The notes below the pieces were generated by a model. The model ran no database searches and was not told where the DNA came from. It was given only the letters and a program-made list of their open reading frames with translations. This document shows, piece by piece, positions 1 to 13,783 of a DNA stretch of 64,000 nucleotides. Position numbers and translations under genes: made by a program. Source of the DNA: Octopus vulgaris (taxonomy: Eukaryota); NCBI GenBank assembly GCA_951406725.2, contig OX597820.1, positions 31,620,001 to 31,684,000 of the forward strand, given 5' to 3'. Within the stretch, counting starts at the first letter, position 1; the number at the start of each line of letters is the position of its first letter.

Positions 1-519
1 ACAAAAATTTGCTGGTGCTCTTCGCATGGAAAGGTAATAAAAAGAAAATTTATGTTTTTAGGTATAAAATTTCGGAAGAAAGATATAGGTACCCACTGCT
101 TACCTTGTGTTATTCACACATGCTTGTGAATAACAACAATATTATTTTCAAACTTTTGACACGTGGTCAGCAGTTTCGGTGAAATGGGATGTGTCGATTA
201 CAAGTGTTCAACTAGTTCATCGACCCCGAAAGGATGCAAGGTAAAGTTGACCCGGTGGTATTTGAACGTGTATAACAACGATATTGTAAATAACACGCAG
301 GCGACGAAGAGGCAGAATCGTCAAGTTCAAATTCTTTTCAACTGTCTACAAACACAGCCAGGCTGAAATAATTAGTGCATTCTTCCAGGAGTGAATAAAA
401 AATTCTCAAACTTGAGCGGATGGGTCCCTTAGATACTAACATGGGCCCCCATATATGGATTCTAAAGGCGCAGGGGCCCACTTGCCATCGGGCAAACTGG
501 CAAGCTAGCCAGTCCGCCA

Positions 520-628
<109 letters not shown>

Positions 629-1019
629 CATGTACATATATCATATATGACATATACGTATATATATAGTTACATAACGCGCGCGTGTGTGAGTGTGGGT
701 ATGTATGTGTTTAGAATAAAAAGCAGAAAAGTATAAATTTCAAAGATAAATCATAATTTAATTACATACAAAAACTGTTTCCTTGCGAATAAACATTAGT
801 AATTCTATAATTACGTAATTAAGATACATAATTTAATTATAATAAATTAGTTCAAATATAATTCATTGAAAGCAACGTTTATCTCAAATCAAGAAGAGTG
901 ATGTTTTAGCCGATTATGTGATTACATGCAAGCTTCATCCACTGGATTTACCGCAGTGTTGTAATGCGTTGCAGTTTAAAAACCTGTTATTAATTGAGTT
1001 CTTAATTACTCTGGACATA

Positions 1020-1077
<58 letters not shown>

Positions 1078-1234
1078 TATTTAGGAGACAAGCACCAATG
1101 CTCTATGTGACAGGGTTGATAATTGCTAAGTGATATCTCTCAACTATGAAACCAATGGTAGCCTGATTAACTTACAAAGAATATTTATCTACCAATGTGG
1201 CACTGAACACTCATTCTCACTATTCAAGATAAGC

Positions 1235-1277
<43 letters not shown>

Positions 1278-1278
<1 letters not shown>

Positions 1279-1446
1279 TTGACTGCGGCCATGCTGGAGC
1301 ACCACCTTTTAGTCGAGCAAATCGACCCCAGGACTTATTCTTTGTAAGCCTAGTACTTATTCTATCGGTCTCTTTTGCCGAACCGCTAAGTTAAGGGGAC
1401 GTAAACACACCAGCATCAAGCGATGTTAGGGGGACAAACACAGACG

Positions 1447-1478
<32 letters not shown>

Positions 1479-1642
1479 CAACGGGCTTCTTTCAGTTTCC
1501 GTCTACCAAAATCCACTCACAAGGCTTTGGTCAACCCGAGGCTATAGTAGAAGATACTTGCCCAAGGTGCCATGCAGTGGGACTGAACCTGGAACCATGT
1601 CGTTGGTAAGCAAGCTACTTACCACACAGCCACTCCTGCGCC
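1278..1642 (-). mobile_element. tRNA-derived SINE, family A (internal microsatellite)
   Basis: Reverse complement of head ggcgcaggagtggctgtgtggtaag...ggttcagtccc, CORE-like ccttgggcaagt and tail ggtgctccagcatggccgcagtcaaa; more than 12 copies in the window. Confidence 0.9.
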
Positions 1643-1739
1643 TGTGAATAACAACAATATTATTTTATATCTTCATAAGCTCGTCTTCCTAAGCGTTCAG
1701 AATAATTTTTCCATCGTCTTGGCTTAACAGCCCTCACTG

Positions 1740-2087
1740 TTTGTTTTTATTGGTTTGTTCTCATTGTTCTGTCTTTTACTGTTTTTACTTTTTTATTGTC
1801 TTTACTGTCTTGTTCTCACTGTCCTGTTCTGTTACCACTTTCCCCCTCCGCAAAAAATCCCAAATTTTATTTAATTTGCTTTGCGGGAAGGACTGTTTCA
1901 ACGGAGTCGCGTCTTGGCCTTGCCCTCGCGACGTGGAGTAGTTGAAACAGGGACAACCGAGGAAGGGGAACATTCCTTGTGTTGTATGTCTCGTTTCTCT
2001 GTTTGTTTGTTTTTTTCGTTGTTCGAAAAAAAGTTCGTTTTTATGTTTTCGTTTCTCATTGTGTTCAACGTTTTTTTGATGTCCTGT
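1740..2087 (+). repeat. Interspersed repeat ending at (TA)n; related pieces at 25335-25700(-), 26000-26190, 31519-31665, 33680-33830, 55540-55712
   Basis: Shared blocks cccaaattttatttaatttgctttgcgggaag and gggacaac(t)ga(t)gaaggg...gtctcgtttctct. Confidence 0.7.
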
Positions 2088-2155
2088 ATATATATATCTG
2101 CATGTATATATACATATATATATGTAGGCATGTACATATATGTATGTATATATGC

Positions 2156-2231
<76 letters not shown>

Positions 2232-2812
2232 ATATATGTATATATATACACACATATATATATGAATATGTGTGTGTGTAGATTTGAGTGTGTGTAGGTA
2301 TGTAAGTTTGTGCCTGAATCTACAACTACACTTACACGTATGTGTGTATTTGTGTATGCGTACGCGCGCACGTATGTGTGTATCTATGTGTGTGTGTGTG
2401 TATCGGTGATTAGCATAGGTTTTTATGTGTGTGAACGATTACATTGTTTATTTATTTTCCTGTTTTGTATATATGCACGCACACACACACACTCGCACAC
2501 TCGTGCGCGCACACACACATATAGATAGATACATTAATACATGCATACATACATATATGCATGCATTCTTACGTTTCTTGCTCAAACCATAAAATACAGA
2601 CGTTGATATGTCCCCACACAAATGCACGCACACATACACTGGTACATACATACACATGACACACACATACACACGCACACACACATACATACCAACACAC
2701 GCGCGCGCGCACACAGACTAACAAACATACATATACGTAAACACACCTGTCACTCATTTGTAATGACCTTGAAGTCACTCTAGCGTTGAAAATATATGAA
2801 CGTTCATAAACA

Positions 2813-2894
2813 TGTATGTATGTATGTATGTATGTATGTATGTATGTATGTATGTATGTATGTATGTATGTATGTATGTATGTATGTATGTATG

Positions 2895-2928
<34 letters not shown>

Positions 2929-3472
2929 TATGTCATTATTCAGTTTATTTCAAGATTTCTTGCCAATAGAAAAAGAACCGGTTTCCCACTTAGATCCAAG
3001 GCCCCTTCATTGGAATTTCAATATCAACAACGGAGTATTTTTGTATGTATGTATGTATGTATGCATGTATGTATGTATGTATGTATGTATGTATGTATAT
3101 ATGTGTCTGTGTATGTGTATATGTGTATGTGTTTATGTATGCATATATGTGCATGTATGTATGTATCTATGTATGTATGTGTATGCATGTGCGTATGTAT
3201 GTATGCATGTGCATATGTATGTATGTATGCATGCATGTATGTCTATGTGTTTGTATGTATGTAAGCATGCATGTTTATGTATGTATGTGCATATGTGTAT
3301 GTATGCATGTGTGTGTATGTATATGTGTGTGTATGTATGTATCTATGTATGTGTGAATGAATGCATGTATGTAGGTATGTACGAATGTGTAGATATGCAT
3401 GCAAGTATGAATGTATGTATGCATGTATGTATGCATGTATGTATGCATGTATGTATGCATGTATTATGTATG
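2813..3472. repeat. (TATG)n and degenerate TATG/TGCA microsatellite
   Basis: Seen directly; interrupted by a unique island at about 2925-3041. Confidence 0.95.
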
Positions 3473-3838
3473 TGCAGTGAAAGCCCCCTAAATGCGACGG
3501 TATGTGCATTGACCTCATTGACCTTTCAACGTCTGTGGGAACAGACCCTTCATAAGGCAGCAAACTTTACCGCAAAAAATATCAGATGAAACAAAAAATA
3601 TGAAAAAGGACTGAAAAAACTTAAAAGGCAAATGCACTCAACATATAAATATGTACATATATACATATATACGTGTGCGCGCGTGTGTATGTTTATGTGT
3701 GTGCGAGGTTATGCTTATATATGCACACATACACACACACACACACACATATATATATATCTATACATATATATACATATAATGTGAGTCATGTAGACGT
3801 ATGTTTGTATGAGTGTAAAGTGTAGGTATATGTATGTG

Positions 3839-3916
<78 letters not shown>

Positions 3917-4591
3917 ATAAGATCGTTAATTTAGAAAAAAATAACGATCCTATCAAGTGGCCAGCATGGAAAAAATAACCTTCAAAGGTAATAATTATTA
4001 AAATTATAAATTAGAGTATCTACGAGATACCACCATGCTGGAAATAGCAGTCATGATCTGACTGTAAAACCACCTTAAGTTTTCATATAGCAACATGGAG
4101 AGAAGACAAAGAGACAAGATGAAACTAGTAAAAAATTACTGGATAATTCCAGATACCAGATTTCTGACTTTGCATTTATGTATGGAATAAACTGATGCAA
4201 ATTCAACTGCTAATTCTCTCTGCAATAGAAACACGTGTCGGTCGTATCTAAACCAATTATGCCGTATAATTATCTGTAAAAATAAAAATTAAAATAAAAA
4301 AAATATGCAGATGTACGATTAACCGTATTCGCTGTAATTGTTATGTATAAATCCATCCATCCATCCATCCATCCATCCATCCATCCATACATACATTCAT
4401 ACATACATACATACATACATACATACATACATTGGTTCGGTTACACTGCATTGATACACTGAAACATGTCTGCAGATGCCTGACCAGCAAGGGGAAGCGG
4501 CTGACCTCCCCTGTTCGAAGGTTATAATGGACACAGGTTCGTGTGTCATATAGCTAGCTAGAGGCGATGGCCTCTTGAAGCTAATTAACGG

Positions 4592-4641
4592 CAGCTTTCG
4601 TCCTATATTTATGGACTGCCATATTAGCTTGGCGATAACTG
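4592..4641 (-). ncRNA. Defective type III hammerhead-like motif (CUGANGA core missing)
   Basis: Minus strand: CAGUU-A | ucGCCA loop UGGC | a GUCC loop GGAC | GAA-AGCUG; three helices and GAAA present, core heptamer absent. Confidence 0.4.
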
Positions 4642-4702
<61 letters not shown>

Positions 4703-4710
4703 ACATACAT

Positions 4711-4779
<69 letters not shown>

Positions 4780-4785
4780 GGTATG

Positions 4786-4824
<39 letters not shown>

Positions 4825-5429
4825 GTGAAACTCTCAACCTTAAAGTCACTATACATGCATATACTCATGTATTGACTTCTATTTTCCTTTTTTCCTATCA
4901 AATCTATGTGTATCGTGTGTGTGTGTGTGTGTGTGTGTATCTACACTACATGTGCGTGTTTACATTATGTATATCAGTATGTATACAAATATGGACTCAT
5001 GCGCGCTCGCACACACACACATACACAGGCACAGACACACCCACATAAACACACCCACACACATGCAGACATATATAAGGTACATAATATCGAAAACACG
5101 CTATGCACATTAAAGGCGAAAACATTACAACATAACATAACACTTTCCCCCAACGCAATGATATTTGTCTTCCTATGAAACACACATATTTCTATCCTAG
5201 CTTTATGTTCTTTTATTAACCTTTATCAGCCCAGGAAGCGGCTCATTTGCTCCTTTTCATTGATTATAATTATCGGCAATTTCTTTCTATTTCCTGTCGT
5301 AGTTTATTCAATCGTAAATCTTGTTTAGTCAACTGTAAATGATGGCGCCGTCTATTTGGACAGCGAATTACAATATTGAATAAGTTTTAGTGTTTTGATA
5401 TTAGTTGTTGAGGAAGCGACGTATATTGT

Positions 5430-5585
5430 ACGGGGCAGGCCGAACTAAGTCGAGCTAGACCGGATTAGGCCGGTCTGGGCCGGGCTAAAACCGGATTAGG
5501 CCGGGCTAGACCGGGCTAAGTCGGGCTAGGCCGGGCTAGACTGGGTTAAGTCGGACTAGGCCGGGTAAAAGCGGAGCCGGGGCGT
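5430..5585. repeat. GC-rich ~10-bp minisatellite (consensus about CCGGGCTAGA/G)
   Basis: About 13 degenerate decamer units. Confidence 0.85.
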
Positions 5586-5650
5586 GGTTGGGGAAATAAA
5601 ATGATTGCCTCTTTTTATCGCATAAAGCATAATACTGTAAAATGCGATCC

Positions 5651-5651
<1 letters not shown>

Positions 5652-5709
<58 letters not shown>

Positions 5710-5748
5710 CCTACCTACCTACCTACCTACCTACCTACCTACCTATCA

Positions 5749-5817
<69 letters not shown>

Positions 5818-5834
5818 CCTACCTACCTACCTAC

Positions 5835-5896
<62 letters not shown>

Positions 5897-5970
5897 GTGT
5901 ATGTATGAATGTATGTATGTATGTATGTATGTATGTATGTATGTATGTATGTATGTATGTATGTATGTAT
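5652..5970. repeat. Compound (TCTA)n/(CCTA)n/(TATG)n microsatellite
   Basis: Seen directly. Confidence 0.97.
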
Positions 5971-6211
5971 GTTCTGTTTTTAATTATTTGAAATTTTCCT
6001 CTTGGGAAAGAGCTGGTCTCTTACAAAGATACAAGGCTCCATCATTGGAATGTAGACAATAAAAACAATGTCACTTTTTAAACTTGAGAAAAGTCTTTCA
6101 TATTTTTACTGTTCCACTTATAGAGTGTATTTGTAATGTGCGAATTTACTGGTTGATTTCTTTTTTTTTTCTGAAAATCCTAGCTTAGCCAGATTGTCAC
6201 ATAGGTATTTA

Positions 6212-6733
6212 TCATAAATCCTCGAGTACAATCCGCATCTTTTTCCCAAAATTGAAAGGTCAAAATCCCTAGGGCGTACTATATACGAGGTTAAAAATGA
6301 AAAATATTTTCTAAGCAATGTCCGAGTCTCTATTTGCTGTCCGGCAATGTTTATTCAGACGCATTTTGTGATGTTGGGCTCGAAAATACCTTAAGCTAAG
6401 TTTGAAAGCAATGAAATCATAAAAGAATCATTCATAACTTGCAGTAAGCAACATTTATTAAAATAAAAATATTCAGAACACAGAATAACATGTAACAAAA
6501 ACAATTTGCAAACATATTTACATTCCCATATAGCAGTTAAGAACATTACCATTATTGTATTACGCATGCGCGGCAGGGTTTATTCGACTAGGTGTTGCTG
6601 GCTTAATTACGCACGACTCAAGTTAGAGAAGGGGTGCGTATTATACACAAGGTTTAGGTTTTTCAGAGGTACAGTCCCCTAAAAATCCCCTGCGTATTAT
6701 ACTCAAGGGCGGTCTATACTCGAGGATTTATGG
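6212..6733. mobile_element. Tc1/mariner-superfamily (pogo/Tc2-like) MITE
   Basis: TIRs cataaatcctcgagta / tactcgaggatttatg, TA on both flanks, subterminal gcgtattatac repeats. Confidence 0.8.
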
Positions 6734-6995
6734 TACTCACAAAATAAATGCACCAATTATAATTAGTATAACTGTGAATTTATAATCTAGACAGAAGCTG
6801 GAGGTTTCGGAGCAGTTGTCTGTAGTTACCCTCTTTCTCTTCGATATTTGAAGAGATGTTCTCGTCAAGACAACTGACCATTATGACAGTATATATTTTT
6901 TCTTGTCTGTCCCAAACAGCATTACTCGGCCTGTTTATGTTTACACTTAACAGAAGTTTTGATGGAAATGTTACATGAATATTTCTTGTTTTGGT

Positions 6996-7660
6996 AAGGT
7001 GGCACGCTGGCAGAATCGTTAGCACGCTGGTCAAAATGTTTAGCGACATTTCGTCCGTTTTTACGTTCTGAGTTCAAATTCCGCCGAGGTCGATTTTGCC
7101 TTTCAGTCTTTCAGGGTACTTTATGGGGAAGGCAGCGAGCTGGCAGAAACGTTAGCACGCCGGGCGAAATGCTTAGCAGTATTTCGTCTGCCGTTACATT
7201 CTGAGTTCAAATTCCACCGAGGTCGACTTTGCCTTTCATCCTTTCGGGGTCGATAAAATAAAGTACCAGTTACGCACTGGGGTCGATATAATCGACTTAA
7301 TCCGTTTGTCTGTCCTTGTTTGTCATCACTGTGTTTAGCCCCTTCTAGGTAGTAAAGAAATAGGTATTTTACCCGTCGCTACGTTCTGAATTCAAATTCC
7401 GCTGAAGTCGACTTTGCCTTTCATCCTTTCGTGGTCGATAAATTAAGTACCGAAACACTGGGGGCAATGAAATCGACTAGTACCTTCCCCCAAAATTTCA
7501 GGCCTTGTGCCTATATAGAAAAGAATCGTTAGCACGCTGGGCAAAATGTTTAGCGACATTTCGTCCGTCTTTACGCTCTTGGTTCAAATTCCGCCGTGGT
7601 CGACTTTGCCTTTCATCCTTTCAGAGTCGCTAAAATAAATACCAGTTAATCACTAGGATT
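6996..7660 (+). mobile_element. Cluster of four family-B tRNA-derived SINE units
   Basis: Repeated ctggcagaatcgttagcacg...ttctgagttcaaattccgccgaggtcgactttgcctttcatcc. Confidence 0.9.
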
Positions 7661-7699
7661 GATGTAAGGAGCCCCCGTCGGTTGCTAATCAAATCATAT

Positions 7700-7922
7700 T
7701 TTTTTACCCATGGACCCTTTTGGTTTCTATTTTACTCAGGTGGACCCTTATAGCCATTCGATATTTTAAAAATCCTATTATTAGGAACTATATTAAAAAT
7801 TAAATTGTTAAAATTTTTTGCGTATTGCAGAAGTACAACCAGTTTATTGCGCATAACTTTTAACAACAAATCTTATAACGGACCCCACTAGGGCTCACAT
7901 GGACCCCAGTTGAGAATCACTG
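7700..7922. mobile_element. hAT-like MITE fragment
   Basis: Repeated ggaccc motifs, ends gttgagaatcactg; same family as 13825-14951. Confidence 0.6.
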
Positions 7923-8029
7923 GCCTAACTAGTGGGACAGCATTAATCGAAAGCTACGACAACGCGAAGAAATGCATTGTGACCAGCGGTGTATAAAACA
8001 ATCCGATAAGGTGGTTGGACGGTCGATAC

Positions 8030-8658
8030 AGTGGCTGTGTGGTAAGAAGCTTGCTTCCCGACCACATGGTTCTGAGTTCAGTCCCACTGTGTGACACTTT
8101 GGGCAAGTGTCTTCTACTATAGCCCCGTGCCGACCGAAGCCTTGTGAGAGGATTTGGTAGATGGAAACTGAAAGAAACCCGTCGTATATACAATAATCCC
8201 TCGATTATCGCGGCTGTTACGTTCCAAAAACCTCTCGCGATAGGTGAAAATCCGCGAAGTAGAAACCGTACTGTACTATATTTTTATTATTTTTTTATAA
8301 TCTGTATATATTTATTTTATTATAAATGCAAAACAGCACAATAAAGGGAATCGATGTAAGCTTAAATAATATACTGCGCTAGGTGAACCGCGATAGGTGA
8401 ACCGTGATATGGTGGGGGATTACTGTATATATATATGCGTGTGTATGTGTTTGTCCCACCATCACCACTTGACAACCGATGTTTGTGTGTTTACGTCCTT
8501 GTAACTTTATGGTTCGGTAAAAGAGACCGATAGAATAAGTACCAGGCTTAAGGAATCAGTCCTAGGTTCAATTTGTTCGACTAAAAAAATACCCTTCAAG
8601 GTGGTGCTCTAGCATGACCGCAGTCAAATGATTGAAACAAGTAAAGGAAATAAAAGAA
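8030..8658 (+). mobile_element. Family-A SINE interrupted by a MITE
   Basis: Head and tail match other copies. Confidence 0.85.
8191..8425. mobile_element. Tigger/pogo-like MITE nested in the SINE microsatellite
   Basis: ta|caataatccc ... gggattactg|ta TIRs with TA TSD. Confidence 0.8.
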
Positions 8659-8938
8659 ATATATCTTGGAAATGTAGAGGCTTCGAGAAGATGTGACATA
8701 TTTCGCTTAAATTGTGAGTTTCGAAATGGTACAACTATAGATGATAACATGCAATATATTGGTTAAAAAAAAAACCATTGACAGAGAGAAAAAAAAGTCG
8801 AAGTCTACCTACAGGACGCGAACCCCTGTCCTTCCCTACCGTTTGATTTTTTATCCATCCAGGGCTTTTTTTTTGTGTAACCCACTATATAACATGATAT
8901 TATGCATAAACTCTACCCGCTTCGAGGCGCACTCTTAA

Positions 8939-9299
8939 TCTCTTATATAAAATCCGTTTTGTCTGTGGCTTCTAGGATCTCGGGCATCCTCCATCCGATT
9001 GCGCTGAAATTTGATATGTAGATACAGACGGTATCAGGGTGTGTATAAGTCTTGAAAAAATTACAAAAATCGATTCCAGGTGGGAATGCGATCGACAAAG
9101 CCGTGGGAAATCGTTTTTCTTTGGAATAGAAAAAAAGTTTATCGTTATTTGTTCTTTTGCTGGTGTCTCAAATTTAGGTTAAATCAGTGTTTCCCAAAGG
9201 GGAGGCCTATGGGATGGTCGGACAAGTTGTTTTGAGAAAATTTGGTTTAAATGTTTGACAACTCAGCACCGTCCATTGGACGGGGGTCGTTTTGCTCGT
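8939..9299 (+). mobile_element. Non-autonomous Helitron-like element
   Basis: 5' a|tc start, ccgattgcgctgaaattt block, 3' hairpin ccgtcc-att-ggacgg about 11 nt before ctcg|t (CTRR variant). Confidence 0.6.
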
Positions 9300-9554
9300 C
9301 GTACATATGCAGGTAGGCACAGGCATGATTGTGTCGATAAGAAGCTTGATTTTCCAGCCATGTAGTTTTAGATTCAGTTCCACTGCGCATCAAATTGGGC
9401 CAATCGCTTCATCTATAGGCCAGGACCGACCAAAGCATTGTGAGCGGATTTGGTAGATGTCTTTTGAGGATGCCTCTTTCAATGGCTCTTTCTTTTAACT
9501 TTTTTTACTTTACTTTTCAGATAAATAATATCAGACTCCAGTTTGACTCAGCAA

Positions 9555-10060
9555 ATGAAAGGGCACACTGTAATCGCTGCCTTAAATGTGCAACATAGTG
9601 ATACAGAGATGGCTCGCTTCCTGTAAGTTGCCCGAACCTTCGTTGTGAAAGTTCGAAATGAGCTGGAAACTTCTGACAGGGATTCAACAGCAACAGTTAA
9701 AGGTGGAAAGCATATATAGGATCCTAATGTCACCAAAGCGCATAAATTTGCACAAAGAGTCTAAGAAATAATCGAGAAAATCCCAAGAAAGTCAATCAAA
9801 GTCATTGCAAAGGACCTCAATGTTTCAGAATGCACCACCAGAAGAGCTGTGCATGAGAATATCTGGTAAAAGTCGTATGTGATGTGAGACGGTCAGTTTA
9901 TAACAGCTGTGAAAAGAAAAAAAACTTCGTTCGATCCGTGCAAAGCGCTTGCTAAACAAGTTAAAACATCACGAAGCTGGAATGCTTTGGGTTTTTTTTC
10001 TCCAATGAGAAAAATTTCGATCAGGACCAAAATGTAAACCGATAGGACGACAGATGGTAG
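9555..10060 (+). pseudogene. Degenerate Tc1/mariner-superfamily transposase (maT/DD37D-like N-terminal half)
   Basis: Manual translation with stops: PRKSIKVIAKDLNVSECTTRRAVHE (HTH) and MLWVFF/SNEKNFDQDQNVNR*DDRW around the first catalytic D. Confidence 0.7.
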
Positions 10061-10341
10061 GTTATTCAGAGGAGTTGGAAAAAGTTGTCAGGCCCTGGAG
10101 AGACAGAGCACGCAAAAGAAGATCATACCTCTTCCAACAAGACTCTACAGTGTCTCATGAGGCAAGGACAACCCAAGCGTGGAAGCATGCCAATTTCCAT
10201 GATCATGTTCTAGACACATAGCCTCCTAGCTCCTAGCTACTAGTTTGTTTGCGGCTCCGTAACTTATGAGCTCAGGAAAATAGTCCGATGGAATAGGTAG
10301 CAGACTTCAGATTTAAGTACTGGTCTCAATTTGTGTGCGTG

Positions 10342-10434
<93 letters not shown>

Positions 10435-10578
10435 TATAGATCAAGAAAACGGATAAAAGCTGTGACATCTACTGCGGGTTTCGAACGGTGCGTCAGCTGT
10501 AAATCGCAGAGCCGCGTTAGCTATTACATCAAAGCAACGTTACATCTTTTGAGTACCTAAATTAGCACTTAAATTAAG

Positions 10579-10663
<85 letters not shown>

Positions 10664-11085
10664 ACCTTTGATATATCATACTGTCCTTGATATTTCGCTA
10701 AAAATATTTTCCCATTGATGTCTAAATATGGTTGTAGTGTTTTTTAGATGATGTTGTTTGGTGTAAGGGGATCCCACTTATAGTTAAGGCGCTTGTACTG
10801 GTTGCGGTAGCGGTAGTGGCAGAATGGGAGAAGTGGTAGAGGTGGTGGTTCGTGTTGTTTTTGTAGAAGTGTATGTTTACATCACGAAAACGTAGAAGTT
10901 TCGAGATGTGACATACATCACTCGAAGTGGTACAGCTATAAACGATAACACGCAATATAGTAGCTTAAAGAACACTTGGGCAGACGGTTGTTGTGGTGAT
11001 GGTGGTAGTGGATGTACTGTTAGTTGTTGGCGTGGTGGTGGTGGTGGTGGTGTGGTTGTTTTTGTGACGTACACAAACAAGTACG

Positions 11086-11392
11086 TGGAGGCGCAATGGC
11101 CCAGTAGTTAGGGCAGCGGACTTGCGGTTTCGATTCCAAGACCTGGCGTTTTTTGTGTTTATTGAGCGAAAACACCTAAAGCTCCACGAGGCTCCGGCAG
11201 GGTGTGATTGTGACCCCTGTTGTACTCTTTCGCCCCAACTTTCTCTCATTCTCTCTTCCTGTTTCTTGAGTAACACTGCGATGGATTGGCATCCCGTCCA
11301 GCTGGGGGGGGGGGCACATACGTCACAGAAACCGGGAAACCGGGCCCATGAGCCTGACTAGGCTTGAAAAGGGCGCATAAATAAATAAATAA
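11086..11392 (+). mobile_element. tRNA(Arg)-like SINE, family C
   Basis: ggaggcgcaatggcccagtagttagggcagcggac...tttcgattcc head and (taaa)n tail; near copy at 15000-15309. Confidence 0.88.
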
Positions 11393-12127
11393 CATAAAGA
11401 AGTACACAAAATATTTCCGAAGCAGGTGACTGAAGGCGATTTGTTGTACCCATCACTACTCTTTTTTCTACTGGTTAAGAATACATTTGGCAAATAAAAG
11501 GACTCCGTACTACCGATTTTCTCCCCAAAACAGGGATAACGGCGGCCCGTCGGAGAAATGTGGCCCGCGAGGTGGAGTGGTTGCTATAGCGAGTACCGTT
11601 GGTCAATTCGTGGCAATGCCACCGCGGTCATTACTGCAGGGCGCGGCTGAGAACCACAATTGTTCTGAGGCATGTGGACCATCACTCCATCACCCTCCAT
11701 CTTTCGCTTCTTCACCCCTCCATTCTTCCCCCTTTTCTTTCTTTCCTGTTTCTTTACAAAACAAATTATTGCCATCATTGGAATTTGCCTCAATATCATG
11801 AGAATTTATGCTTAAGTTCCACAATTTCTTTCTATTGTCTTGGTCCAAAAAGAGACTTCTTTATGTTGTCATTTTATTTACGATTTTTAAGACAGATTTG
11901 CCATTCAAAAACACACAAGGACTGGTAACATCATTTAAGCATTTCTTTTTTGGTGCCAATATTTTTGTCGCACCAGCTGCGACCTGGTCACTGACGCGAA
12001 TGTTTAAAAGAAGTTAAGTTTTCGTGTGTTTTTGATTGGCTAATATGTTTCTTCCACACTGCAACTCTTTTAGATGCAACGCACTGCCTCACCTCTCTCT
12101 CTCTCCCTCCCTCCCCCTCTCTCTCTC

Positions 12128-12178
<51 letters not shown>

Positions 12179-12242
12179 CACACATATATACGGAAGGTAA
12201 TTTTCTGATTCCTCAACAGAGTATAGATATACATACATACAA

Positions 12243-12308
<66 letters not shown>

Positions 12309-12687
12309 TATATACGCTCGCACACATCATAAATACATACGTATTACATATCTATATCGATTTATCTGTTTGTCAGACGTGCCGTCTCTACACACAAGCA
12401 ATTACACACACATACATACATACATACATACATACATAATACATACATACATATATGCATACATACATATATAATATATAATATATGTGTGTGTGTCTGT
12501 GTGTGTGTGTGTATGTAGAGACAAACGCACATACACACACACATACGTATATACACATTCTTTCATAAGCACTGTTGGATATGCATTGCACACATATACG
12601 CGCCACACATCGTTGCTAATATCTCTCTACCCTAACCTTAACACACTCACACCCAAATGCACTGACGGCAAAAGTACACCCAGCTAG

Positions 12688-12754
<67 letters not shown>

Positions 12755-13226
12755 AGCGCAGAGGCACACGCTGACATACAGAGGCACACACTGACATTTC
12801 GGCGGACAATCTAAAAATGCCGACACTTCTTTTAACTGAGGGTTAAAAAACAGGATCTTATGAGGCTGCACCCTGTGACTGAAACCACATCTTCTCTGTA
12901 TCACTTCCTTTCTCTACTTTCCTCCTCCTTTCTCTTCTTTCCTCTTCTTTTCTCCTTCTACTGTTTCATCGTCGTAGTCGTCATCGCCCTTTTCCTCCGT
13001 CTCCTCCCCCTCCTCTACTTCCTCCATCCTCTCACCGTCACCTCAGTCTTTTCTCTTCTAAATTTTTTTCTTCTCTTTAGTTGATTCCATTCTGCATACC
13101 ACTCTTCAAGCTGCTCTGTTCTCTGGTTTCTGTCTCTTTCTTTTCAACTCCTCCCCTGTCTCTCTTTCTTTCTCTCTCGCTCTCTTCCCATCTCTCCCTC
13201 TCTCCCTCTCCCCCTCTGTGTGTACT

Positions 13227-13412
13227 CTTTTACTCTTTTACTCTTTTACTAGTTTCAGTCATGGGACTGCGGCCATGCTGGAGCACCGCATTTAGTCTAA
13301 CAAATCGACCCGCAGGACTTATTCTTTGTAAGCCTAGTACTCATTCTATCGGTCACTTTTGCCGAACTGCTAAGTTAAGGGACATAAACACACCAGCATC
13401 GGTTGTCAAGTG
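13227..13412 (-). mobile_element. Family-A SINE, 3' half
   Basis: Tail matches other copies. Confidence 0.85.
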
Positions 13413-13739
13413 ATTATAAATCAGGAGAAGAGCATACACTATAAAATATAGAGCAGTCGTTTATTTTTGTATGTGTAACGTGACAGTTTAGAAAAAAAAA
13501 ATCATTGGTATCATATCTAGCGTGGAATTTTTACTTCAAAATTGGAAAACCGACCCATCAAGCGAAGGAAGACAACTCGCCTAGGCATATTTTTTAAAGA
13601 GGAATATTTCTTGAACTATCACCGGCGTTCTTGTGTTTAAAAAAAATTTTTCGCAGAGGACAATTATCGTTTAGAGAAACTGAAGAGATATCTAGTTCAC
13701 GCTAGACATGAAACCAATTATTTTTTCTAAACTGTTACG

Positions 13740-13783
<44 letters not shown>

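Noticed and set aside
11487-11801. GC-richer stretch with a 104-aa ORF
   Set aside because: No recognisable domain or clear splice context; BLASTx/RNA-seq needed
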